Assembly (NCBI RefSeq): GCF_964204865.1
Contig: NC_135250.1
Location: 14,694,001-14,758,000 of the forward strand
From: Styela clava
Taxonomy: Eukaryota
Reading direction: 5' to 3'
DNA: 64,000 bases
Part shown: positions 27,801-39,400 of the stretch, piece after piece
Layout: the number at the start of each line of letters is the position of its first letter
Numbering within the stretch: the stretch's first letter is position 1
Notes under the pieces: generated by a model
Told to the model about the DNA's origin: nothing
Database searches by the model: none
Seen by the model: the letters and a program-made list of their open reading frames with translations, nothing else
Translations under genes and position numbers: made by a program

Positions 27801-30800
27801 TTTTGATTTGTATTTTCGCGAATTTGACAAATCTGAGCTGTTCTTGTAACTTTGACACGGCTCTTTCGCGTATCTATCGGCTCTAATGCTTTGAAGATAA
27901 CACCTTAGACAAAACACAGCGTCAGCAATAAAATTTCATAGAGTTAATTTTATTTCAAAAAGTTAATTGAAGATACTTTACATTAACTATTTTATATAAA
28001 AAGCTACGCTAGTTCCACGTCGGTAGTTTTAGAATGAATAAAAAGTGCCTCGCTCGCCCAATTGACAAAAAGAAATAAACAATTTTAATTTTATCTTTCT
28101 CGTAATACAAGACATTCGTCTTCCACTATTTGTGATTTCGCGAGAATAAAAGCCAAAAATAAAAATCATTACTGGATGAATAACACCGACGAAAACAATG
28201 GGCGATTCTAATAACAACATTAGCGCTGTAAATTGTCATCAATTGTGCAATTTCACTGACGATTCATGGTCTCGAGGAAGGATACTGGTACCCAGCAGAG
28301 CTAATGCGTTGGACCAGTGGTCGGCAACCTTTTTCAAGTGACGGACCGGTAAAGCTTGACCAAACTTTTGGCGGACCACCTTTATACAAACGAACTAAGC
28401 CTATGCAATAACTAATACGCATTAGGAAATTTATGTTGACAATATACTAAAAACGACGGTGATGCTATTTAAAGTGATGTCTGTATTTGTTTGATGGCCA
28501 TTAACTGTTCCCATATTCGAGATAGGGTCGACATTGACACTATAGTAACGTGTTTCTTACTTCCAGCCTATTTCGATATTTCGTTTTTGTAGTTATCAAT
28601 ATTGAAAACCAGGCCTCACATTAAGATTTCGGGAAAGTTAACAATGCCTGTATCGTTTTGTTGGGGAGATCTTAGTCGGACTGATGAGTGACATTCTTAT
28701 ACAAGCGTAGAGAAAACAATTTACCCAGCATTATTGCGACATACTGACATGGCAATTGTTTATGAAATAAGACATGTTGCTCAATAGTGTTATGCAGTGG
28801 TCGGCATTCGGCAAACTTCATGTACTTGCGGGCCAAATATAAACATTTCTGGTAGCGCGCGGGCCGCAATATTTCCGCCTTCGAACAATCTCTACCATAA
28901 TTAAACTTCAAATTATGGTGCATTCGCATTGCTATCCTTCTATTGCTGTGTTGAAAGTCTGTCCCAATGAGATGTGTATGTGGCGTTTTTTTTATTATCC
29001 AGTAATACATTGTTTTTTTGTACTTATTATCAATGTGAAAGATGATGTTTTTATGGCGACTCGTCGTCCAATTGATGATCTGACAAGCGAGTACGAAATT
29101 GAATCTAAGTGTAATGCATTTTAGATAAAGCTGTTCAAGACCATATGTTCTTCCGAACGTTCACATTACACGGGTTGCACTGTCGCACAGATGAGCTGTG
29201 GCGCAGTCCCGGGTCTCGGGGTCGAATTTTCGACGACTCGTTTCGTAACGAGTTTAACATTGAAACCCTTAACGACTGCGATGCTGACTGGGCATATCGA
29301 GCAAACCGGTTTTCGAATGCGCAAGAGAGAAAAATATTTTTCCATTCAAGCACTTTGAAATGCTCGATCCGCGTCGCTTCGTTTTCCAGACATTTTCAAA
29401 TTTTAAAAATCAAAATTAACTCGAACGACATTGGCTACTTGTTACATAAGAAGCGCCGTACAGCAGCACTTGTCACCACATAAATTCGTGTAGAGACAAT
29501 AATAAATTTGGGATTCATTGTTTTATTTATTAAATGTCGGGTCGTTCAAGGGCCGCAACAAATTAGCTCGCGGGCCGCATTTTTTCCGACCCCTGGGGTT
29601 GTGTTTGTCTGGTTTACTGTTGGGTGCTGTTTTTTAGTCGTAGGGTTTGTGGTTGGATTGTAGAAGTTTTATTAAGGCCTTGTCCGTTTTTGTGTCACCT
29701 CCCTGCGGACCGGCAGTAACCTTTCCGCGGACCGGTGATGGGCCGCGGCCCGGTGGTTGCCGACCACTGCGTTGGACGATTCAGTATATCCACCAACCGA
29801 CATACCGAAAAGATCGCCCGGCGACGTCGCAAGTTTTGCACATTTTAAATTACGATTAACCGAAATTGGAGAAAACTATTCGAATACAGCTCTAAACGAA
29901 AACGAAAGGGACATCCCTAGCTGCGAGTCTTGCAGAAAGTGATATGCTTATTGAAACTTGAGAGAGATTTTAAGAATTCATTAATTAGGTGGAGGACAAG
30001 GTCATTAACATCAACACCAAGATTTAATTTTGTTACAGCAGTCGGTCAATAAGTTGTTGTTGGAGCACATTGTTAGTCAATATATCACAACAACTTTGTT
30101 TGGTGTATGATTACCAGGGGTTCGCGTTGATTGTTTCGTGACTCGGGGGGTACTTAGCAGAAAAAAGGTTGAGAACCCCTGCATTACAGGATTGCAAACG
30201 AGGCATTAAAACAGGATTTGCAACACGTAGCTTTGCAGCGGCTCACAGTCAATTTATTTACTTCGTTTTAATTAAAGCTATAAGTAACTGGTTGAAAATT
30301 CGGACAACTGTTTGATTGCTCGATTATTCATTCTCAGCGATGGGTATTTTCGTTATCAAGAGAGCTCAAGAATAAATTGTGACAATGATTCGTTTATAAA
30401 TCTGGACTGTAAAGTAGAGGTTTCATCGGGTTCCTCATAGCAATCCTTCTGCAGTTGATCGACGCCCGAAATAAAATTAATTTATAGTACAATGATAAAG
30501 TCGTTGCTAACTTGGCACCAGGCTCATAGTCCTGCTGTGCATCACCCGGAAAATATATCAGCGGCCCCGGTTTTGTTACGCGTCTCGTGACTACCTGCAG
30601 GGTCGCAACAAGTTCATATCTTGTTGGGTGTCATGGTGCAGCTCTGGAATATTATACTGTTCTTGACAGTTTTCGGGTTTAAACAAAGAAATATTCATAA
30701 CCTTTTACTTGGATGGTAATTTTAATCAAGGAAAGCATGCAGAGCGGAAAAAGCACGAATGCTGATTTCCAAGTTTCTGAATCTTGCGAGATTTGACGGA

Positions 30801-33800
30801 GCGCTTTCGCGATGAATCGGAACCGAAAAAGCAAAAAGTGTTATTACTCTTCGCCAAGACGTCGCCGGGCCATTAATACCGCACTTATCAAACACCAATA
30901 TGACGGCGGAAGAGAAATTGCGTAATAAACCAACGTAACTTCGTCTTTTCAACGATTGAGACGGTAGAAAAACAACAAAATGAAATTTGTTGCAAAAAAG
31001 CTTCGCGTACCGGCACCGGTCCGCAGACCGGCGGTTGGGAACCACTGGACTACAGAATGTTATGTGTGGCTTTTCTTATGCTCAAGTGTTGAGGTGTGAA
31101 TATATTACAGCCTTAAAACAGGAGTTAGGGTCCTTCGTACGTAATGGTACCAAATGCGAACATCAAAATTTTCAACCTGAAACTGGTAGCATGGAAGACA
31201 AAAATATATATTCGAAGCTGATTTACCTTTCAAACTCGACTGGAATATCTGGCAAGCTTCCTTTGGTAATTTGTACGATTAATTCAGTAGCTTCTGTTTC
31301 TGGTGCTTTCATACTATTTCTGAACTGTTCTGATACTACCAAATGACTGTTATGCTCGCTTTCCAGTTTTGCATGAATCTAACCACAAATAGGCATTCGT
31401 CCGGTAATGTAGAATGTTTTTTTTTATTGATTGTGATTATATATATGATTTTATCAGTTTTCTTATTTTTAAAATATTTCAATCAATCACAACTTACCCG
31501 AGAATATCTCAGAGCCAAAGCACAAAATATCGCAAACATTGTGAAATTATCTTCATCGAGTTTTGTGAAGGATCCGCCAGTCCGTTTATTGATCATCTGA
31601 ACCACGCCGTATACTTCGCTTTCGCTCATAATGGGAAGGCACAATATGTTGTTTGTTGTGTAACCTAATACATAATGGCAATAAGGACAATAACAAGAAC
31701 TCTACCGCTATATTTACAATCACCCCCAAGTACGGTTCTAGTCGAACGCAAATCATGAAATTGTAATATCTAGTGTAGGCCTATTTGGTAGAACCTTTCA
31801 AGTATGCAAAAAATCTTGAACAGTACAGATAAATTTTGGTACTTTCGGGAATTATTGCCATCCTCATAATATCTATTTAGTTCACCTGTGACTTTATCAA
31901 CCTCCCTGTTGAATCTTGAATCGGCGTAGGCATCCTGAATATTCACGACTGTTTTCGTCGATGCCACATAACCCGCAATACCTTTCGACACATGGAATCT
32001 GAAGAAATTGAAAACCATTTTAGGAAACTTAGCCCTTACAAGAAGCGGATAGATTTTGGCATCCCGCTTCATATAAGCGGATTCAGTTCCTGTCAGAGAT
32101 CGCCTATATATTTCAGTTTGTTACGATATACTCGCTGCCGCGAACTTTGGTACACTGGAACTTTCTAGTCTTTATCTATGCTAGAGTCTAGTCTAGCACG
32201 TACAATGATTCATTTAAGCACTTTATTAACAGAAGATTAAAGGTTTTCAGACACAGTTATTCAACAACGCAACGCGATGGTTGATTTTCTTAGATTAGAT
32301 CCTGAGTCCGGTACCTTACGAATAAAACGACGGTGTTCTAGCATAATAATCATGTGTCAATAAAACGAAAATGAATTTAAAGCAATGGCCCACAAACATC
32401 ACTAAAAAGTTGAAGTTGTAAAAATTACACGGGCTAACATAAACTCACCGAATTTCGTTTCTTTTTTCAAATACTGATTTCCCATCAACCTCGTCACCAT
32501 TATCAAATAAATCGCTGTACAGTTCTTCATTGTTGCTGTCGTACAGAAATAACGTACAACGATCAGCTGAAACAAGCGTTTTTGCAAACCTGGAAATGAT
32601 GAATTATATAAAACAAAGAAGGGGCAGTAAAATAGTTAGATAAGTAATGTAAAAACACTTTACCGCATGATGTGCTCAATGATATTGTCAATATGTGTAA
32701 TGTCATCGAGATAAGTTCGTGAAACATCTAGCAAAAAATCATTCATCTCCGTTTGCTGTTTGAGACTGGAGCACACGGCTGATTTATGAATAGCAAGAGC
32801 ACTCCATTCTAATATACTCTGTAACATTAATAGCTTCACAGAATAAGTACGAAGCATGGGTGTTGTAAAGAGTTATAATGAGGGGGGCAGTAAATATTAT
32901 CTCAACTGATCATGGATACAAACTATTTAGCTTACCTATAGTATAACACAGGATAATGGATGCCTGAATAATGCGCACAATATGCTATGTTTTTTGCATT
33001 TCATTAATTAGTAAATGATTTGAATAAAGTATACCTGCACAATCTGTAGGTCGTTCTGAATATAACAACCATTATGCCAAGACCTGTAGAATTCGACAAC
33101 GGCTATCAAGTCATTGTTGGGAAGAATGACAGGTAAACAAAGAACGGCAATGCCGTCTGCGCTACAATCATCTGTTCCCATTTTTTTCGGAAAACGTGGA
33201 TCCATGTGGACGTCCTCGATACATATTGGCTTTTTAGTTAATGCCACATGCCCCGATACAGTCGTTTTTTTGGAGATGAGAAAACTGAAACACGACATAA
33301 CATGGCTAACATTGTGCGTACATAATTGATTGAATGCCAAAGAAAATTCGAGATATTCCATTTGAGAAATACCACGCGGCATCAGTACGAATTCAAACTT
33401 GTGTATGATGTGGTAATCCATTTCAGTATAGATCCACATTTGGCACGTTATTGAAAACGCAGTTAGCCCACTTATTACCCGGAAGGGCCTCCAAGGTTCT
33501 GTGGTTGTGAGTTAATTTCACTATCTCATTCAATGATCATTTACTAGAAATAACTGGTAGTCAGCTATTACTTGCTCCCGTATGCTAAACAGACTGCTAA
33601 CTGCGATAGATGCCGTAGTGGTCTGTAACAAAATCAGTCGACTCTATCGACTCTAGAGTAGACTCACAACATCATTATCTACCGGTAATTATTTTCGCCA
33701 AAGGGGACGTCCATACATCCGAAACATTGATTTGGTGCACCAACTGCAATCTTGAACCCGGACTACGAACTATAATACCAATTACCATTTGACAAGTATA

Positions 33801-34792
33801 GAGTAATTGGCGACGGATAGTGAATTCATCGCGTGACGTTGAACGAGTCAGCTAAGGGTTATATTTACGAAGTTCAGTCAAAATTAGAGAAATTGATAGT
33901 ACCTTCTTTGGCCAGTTTGTGAAGAATCCCACTGCGGAATTTCTGGGTTATACATGACTAAGGTCTTTCCTATTCCTCCTACTCCGTATAAATTGAATCC
34001 GCTTGAATGCGTTATTTGGCAGAGAGCAGAAGAAAGTGAAAATAATGGACGTAAAAAGTTTCCGCCTTCCACCTTGTCAAATAGATAAATAAATGCCTCA
34101 TTGTAGTTAGAAAACTATTACTCAGGATGCAAAAAGTTGAATAAGCTGTTTCTGGAAGATTTCTGTTTTCCAAATAAAACGTAGCATCTCCTTACATATC
34201 AGTCATTGAAATAACGATGTAAAGAACCTTAGAAAAATTTATCTTACTACTATTGAAAATAAGACAAAATTACACAATTGTGTGATGAAGCTTTCCACGA
34301 GAGGTCATGTTTAAGTCGTCTTACAGCTACTACTACTTTCTACCCTGGCTAAATATAAAAATTCTAATCTCCAGGAGTTATTTTTACCAATTGTCTGACG
34401 CTTACTTTTTTTATAAATTCTGTATTCAGCGGTTGTTCCCCGTCCGGTTGTTCGGTATCCCAGAACATTTCAGAATCAACGCACGAACTTTTCTTCGATA
34501 ATTCTCTACATTGTTCCTTGTTCTTTCTTTTTGTGAGCCATCGCGAAATGTTTTCGCTTCTAACATTTTCCACTACATATTCTTCTAATAATCCAGGATA
34601 AAAAGACAAAAGGGAAGATAAATGTCGAGAGACGTCATCATTTGAAGCCTTCTCGAGGCTGAAATCTTTTACGGGCAAGAAGTCAGGAGAAGACGCTGCC
34701 CTTTCTGGAGCACAGGGACTTATTGCCTGGTGTCCGGGAAATGGCAACCGTGGCTGTGATCCCATTTGTCGATAGGGCCACGGCGATGCCAT
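24849..34792 (-). CDS. PDE10A: PDE10A-like GAF-A/GAF-B 3',5'-cyclic nucleotide phosphodiesterase. Exons (5'->3'): 34792-34406, 34072-33903, 33284-33035, 32818-32664, 32589-32449, 31998-31886, 31664-31498, 31378-31227, 26097-25531, 25455-25263, 25145-24849
   Basis: [80 protein letters not shown] resembles PDE10A. Catalytic domain has [47 protein letters not shown] and PEGQ|VGF. Confidence 0.93.
28315..29769. mobile_element. Nest level 4: hAT (Charlie-like) MITE, about 0.65 kb net
   Basis: TIR CAGTGGTCGGCAACC / GGTTGCCGACCACTG; perfect 8-bp TSD CGTTGGAC (28307-28314, 29770-29777). Confidence 0.93.
28795..29595 (-). mobile_element. Nest level 5: internally deleted SPIN/Charlie-type hAT retaining transposase N- and C-terminal fragments
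   Basis: Ends CAGTGGTCGGCA / TTCCGACCCCTG; TSD GTGTTATG/GGGTTGTG (6/8). Minus-strand remnants from ATG at 29393: [40 protein letters not shown] and [31 protein letters not shown]. Confidence 0.85.
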
Positions 34793-34926
34793 AGTATCCT
34801 CGTTTTGACTAACGTTTCAAATTATTCTGATTTTTCCTATTTCTGGCGACATTCTATTTTTTATATTATGACGTGACAATCCCGATGAAAAAACATAAGA
34901 TGCATCGATTGTAGATGAATATGAAT

Positions 34927-35206
34927 GATGGTTCCCAACCAGGGGCCCGTGGCCGAGCAGTTGAGGGGGAGGGGATTAATTTTGATGCGTTTTTTTTTTG
35001 CGTATTTTTCCGTTTAGAGGAATTTTTATTACGTGAAAAGGTTCTTCCCAGTCGCATTTCAAACAGCTTTGACTTATCAGCCTTCGGTTTGTTTTTGCAC
35101 GCCATAAAATGTTGTAACACAAAGTTTTTTAGAATCGTGAACAGAAGGCTATGGGCTAAAAGCCTTCGGAAGGGGGTCACAAGCCATGAAATGTTGGGGA
35201 CCACTA
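34927..35206. mobile_element. Degenerate hAT MITE just upstream of the PDE10A start codon
   Basis: (GA)TGGTTCCCAACCAGGGG ... GTTGGGGACCACTA imperfect TIRs; TSD not recognisable. Confidence 0.6.
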
Positions 35207-35716
35207 AATTGGAAATATCAAAAACACCATAATTGTAAAATGATTATCGTGTGATTTATGTTTTCTAATATAAAATTCGCTTATTACCCTTTTAATTAGA
35301 AAAATGAACGATGATGCCAAGAAATAAGTTTTTTTTTCAGAATGAGCAAGTTTTTTCTGCAGACTCTGTCACCCATTCCTTTATTTTATTTATTTTATCT
35401 CATTTTGTTCATTTCATTTGCTTTCATCTATGGTACTATATCATGTCATAGTTAGTTTATATGGAGCGCAAGGGTCGGGAACCTAGATCGGTCCGAAAAC
35501 TGACCCGCAGAAAACGATATTCAGTCATTGATAAATACTGCTATATTATTTTTTTTATGGGCTTATATTTATAAAAGTGTTGATTTTGGTTTTGGGATAA
35601 TAAATCCCTATATGTTTTTGTACTCTATTAATTGTACCAAATAGCTAAACGATTTAAAAATACCCACAAGTTTGATGCTAGAGGTAAGCAAGAACACTTC
35701 AGTCACGTATTTAATA

Positions 35717-35982
35717 CAGTGGCGTATCTACGTAGAATGGCGCCCATGGCAAAGTCTAAAAATGCGCCCCCTTGATAGTTGTTTGACAATTTATAATGAC
35801 TCTTATTGAATTGAGGTACTTGTACGTTATTATTTGAGTAAAAATACGAGTTTCAATTATTCCCAATCTGAAATTATTTCATTGAAACTTTTTATGATTA
35901 TACTTTTTTGCAGTCTTTGCGCCCCTGCTCAAACGGCGCCCATGGCACGAGCCATGGCTGCCACACCCTATATACGCCACTG
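35717..35982. mobile_element. hAT (Tip100-like termini) MITE in the PDE10A-SNW1 divergent intergenic region
   Basis: TIR CAGTGGCGTAT / ATACGCCACTG, internal GGCGCCCATGGCA repeats, TSD ATTTAATA/ATTAAATA (7/8). Confidence 0.85.
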
Positions 35983-36448
35983 ATTAAATATCATTGTTTT
36001 TCAAGGAATATGCTGAAACCTTTCGAAACAAAATGATAATATAAGCTATGTGATCTCTCAAAGTAAGCACTTTGGTCGCCCCTGCTCGATAACCAGCCTT
36101 GGTTTATCTCGGCTTTTTTAGCCCAGTAAAACTGCGTGCCTATCTTTTTTTCTCGTAATTGTATGCAATTGACTCTATTTTACTGGTTGGAATGAATTAA
36201 CTTGCATTGACTTGCTGTTTGAATTTTTCGAAGGCAAAATTATGGTTTTGAAGATGTATAAAAAACAAACAGAAATGAAGGCCTTGAGCGCGCTCCCTGC
36301 ACCACACTCTCCGAGATAAAGTTTCTGCCCATGGTTTCTGCCCGTTTTTAACATTGATTTGCCGTCGTCTCTTCGAAACATAAATAGTGATTTCTGAATT
36401 TCTCAGGCAGTCAGGCTTCTACCAATCTTGACTTCAAACTATTAACCG

Positions 36449-39400
36449 ATGGCGTCCTTGACAAGGTAAGATCGTTGATCAACCTATATTTTAGGTGGTA
36501 AACTGTATTACCATTACTCTGCTTCAGTTCAGAACCTTCAGTTCAGAACCGTTCAGAAAGTTCAGACCGTACACCGCCACCCAGGCACCGGTGCAGCTGT
36601 AAGACAAGTTTTTTGAACTCCAACATAATAAATTACAAAAATGACAACACAAGACAAACATGTCTGCATGTAGAATTGAAATTTCTGAATAGGGCACAGT
36701 TCTACAATTCCAGGAATAGCCACCACAATGAAGTACATCGGGTCTCTTGAAGCACACGTAATACGGCCCTCCAAAGTATAAGTATGGTTGTGCAGACAAT
36801 CATCCGAAATGGAGCAAGCTATTTCTCTCGTTTTCTCGTCGAAATGATACCAATAAAAGAAAGATCGCTGACGTCAGTGAGTTCATTATAGTCGGCACAG
36901 ATGCCATTTCCGCAGAGGAGTCGCCACCCCTGTAGCTCCAAAGGCCCACCACATGACTCAAAACAACAAACTGCAAGGAAACGCAACTGGATTCCTTGGA
37001 AAAAATAATCTAATTTACCAAAGGGAGAAAAATTTACCGTAAAATTTGAGAATTTTTATTAAAAGCACACAATTTTGGGGTCTAGTGAAGTAAACGCCGT
37101 GGCTGTCCAAATACTGAAATATCGGGTCTCATGTAGTTTCTTACCTACCATACTTCTAGTGGGCGTAGTATGACATTTTTTTCACGTATCAATCCTAACA
37201 CCATCCAAAAATTACATCACAATGATGTAATAGAGCCCTTCAAATTATACGAACTGCCATCCAAGACGCGCAAACGAGCACCCGAAATCGAACAGTTATT
37301 TCTCTCGTTTTCTCGTCGCAACGATTCCAATAGAAGAGAGAGACCGATAACGTCAGTCAGTTCTTTATCGCCAGCACCAATGCCATTTCAGTCGATCGTG
37401 CGTATATTTGGCAAGCTCTATGACGTGATTCTGATGTCGTAGCGATTTAATTTTTGGATGGCGTAATCAGATGGGGGTTAGGATTGACATATCAAAAAAT
37501 TGTTATGCTACGCCCACCAAAAGTACGTTAGGTACGAAACTACACGAGACCCGAAATAACACCTAACAAAAATGTCAAATGAAAGCTGAAACTGCTCAAA
37601 TAACGCCAAACAAAAATGTGATGTGAAATTGTAATGTAAATAACGTAAAAGTCTGTACGGCGGCGCAGAAAGAAATTCTTGAAACACGCGTTTAGTTCAA
37701 ATCAAGCCCACTAAATTTTCAACTAAGCAGGTATGTTCCATGTCGTTTGAGGTATTGTGTTCGTGCCAGATAGACCCTTATTTTTTTTTTCAAAATGAAA
37801 ATTTGGGTTGTATTTTTACATCGCATTTTTGTTTGGTGTTATTTAAGCACAGCTTTTATTTTCACACCACATTTGTGTTTGGCGCAATTTATGCAGTTAC
37901 GGCGTTTACTTCACGAGACCCCAATTTTGGTCATGTGACAGCCTTCACGTCACGATTGATTTAAATTATTACCGAGACAAGCTTGATTCAGGAATGTTTG
38001 GTTCTATTGAATCAAATCTCGGGGCATCTTGGAATCCGAGAACTGTGCCATACTGAACATTGATGACTCATGAAACTGATGGTTTGGAAAGCTATAATAA
38101 CTAACCCTCTTATAGGAATTGTTGAATAATTGCGAAAAAGCCTTAAAACTTGTATTATCTCTTAACAACTTCACCACATTACCATAAATAAGAAGCCCAA
38201 AATTAACAGTAAAATGAAGGTGATTGTTTTTATTAGATCTGGATACACTGATAAAATCATGATCAACGATTTGGTAAACGATGAATCCCAACATGTTACT
38301 GTGTGAAGAGCCAATATTGGCAGAGCTGATGAGACTTAAAAACTATTAACAAACCACAAACCCGCCCTACCACCCTCAGATCCCTTCCACAAAACCACAA
38401 CAAAGTTTGCTCAATAACTTTCCTTTTAAAATTTTATAATCTAGGGCAGGGGTGTGCAACCTTTTTCGCAAGCGGGCTAAATATCAAAAACTGGGTAAAA
38501 CCGCGGGCGCACCTTCATTTAACATAGGCTTTCTATTGGTTGCAGGCACAAAATACTGTATTTTTGGTATTGATCTCATGGCGTCATCGTAGGGGTTCTT
38601 GCAGAAAACGCATAAATTTCTTAAAACTGTAATTCAAATATATTTTCACACACAATCTAAACGAATTCAGTGAAAAATTTGCTGCTGGATTATTTTCCAG
38701 ACTACTTTTATCCAAATTTGCTTAAATGGAAGTGCTAGCATTTCGATATGACGCTCATTTTAGAAAAAAATATGTAACCGAAAAGTGCCTTATTTGAAGC
38801 CATGACTTTTTTCAAATGTGGAAAGTTATCTTAGTTGAGATGTTTTTTTGGTATAATACGCCAAGATTCGTTTCCAAATACTTTGCTGTCAAATCTTATT
38901 CTAGATTGGATTTAAACAAAATCAACTGATAGGCTGAAACCAAAACTCATTTAGCTTTTGTATCTCTTAATATTAAATTTTTTCAAACTGCTTTCCAGTT
39001 GCCTAATCTTCAGTTGCCCGTTATCACATCATTAGCGTCTGCTCCGCAAATTCCTTTCAATTGTTCGCTGCTCGGCCAGTGACAGCTTTGTGAATCGCAT
39101 TGTTTGCTTCGCTGAAAGGGCATTGTAACGTCATAGGCATAGATAATAAATTGGACTCGAATATAAGCTTTGCAATGCAAAAGGAACCAGATCAAACTAA
39201 ATTAAAAACTAGTTTAGTTGGCTACTACACCATTCAAAATTGGCTCTTCTCCGTGGGCCGCAAAATTTTTTTTCGCGGGCCGCACTTTGCATACCCTTGA
39301 TTTTGCCCCTAGCGTGATTAATCCCTATTTTTGCTACTCGCTAGTGTCAGTGTATATTTACTCAATATAATATTTTATTATTTGCAGTATTTTGCCGGCA

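Larger units (their letters stand above)
26818..29919. mobile_element. Nest level 3: hAT (Ac-like termini) non-autonomous element, about 1.6 kb net
   Basis: TIR TAGGGATGT / ACATCCCTA, subterminal CGAATA motifs, perfect 8-bp TSD GCTGCGAG (26810-26817, 29920-29927). Confidence 0.9.
26563..30181. mobile_element. Nest level 2: hAT (Charlie-like) MITE, about 0.5 kb net
   Basis: TIR CAGGGGTTCTCAACC / GGTTGAGAACCCCTG; perfect 8-bp TSD CATTACAG (26555-26562, 30182-30189). Confidence 0.93.
26224..31047 (-). mobile_element. Nest level 1: non-autonomous hAT (Charlie/Buster-type) with decayed transposase fragments
   Basis: TIR CAGTGGTTCCCAACC at both ends; eroded TSD GTCTACAC(T)/GACTACAG; minus-strand remnants IKTK*..KLRVA..MPRLQS..KQ**NSH resembling the hAT C-terminus, split by level 2. 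Confidence 0.85.

Noticed and set aside
36524-36568. Heat-shock element
   Set aside because: Contains GAAnnTTC dimers but not three correctly spaced alternating nGAAn units; treated as a simple tandem repeat.
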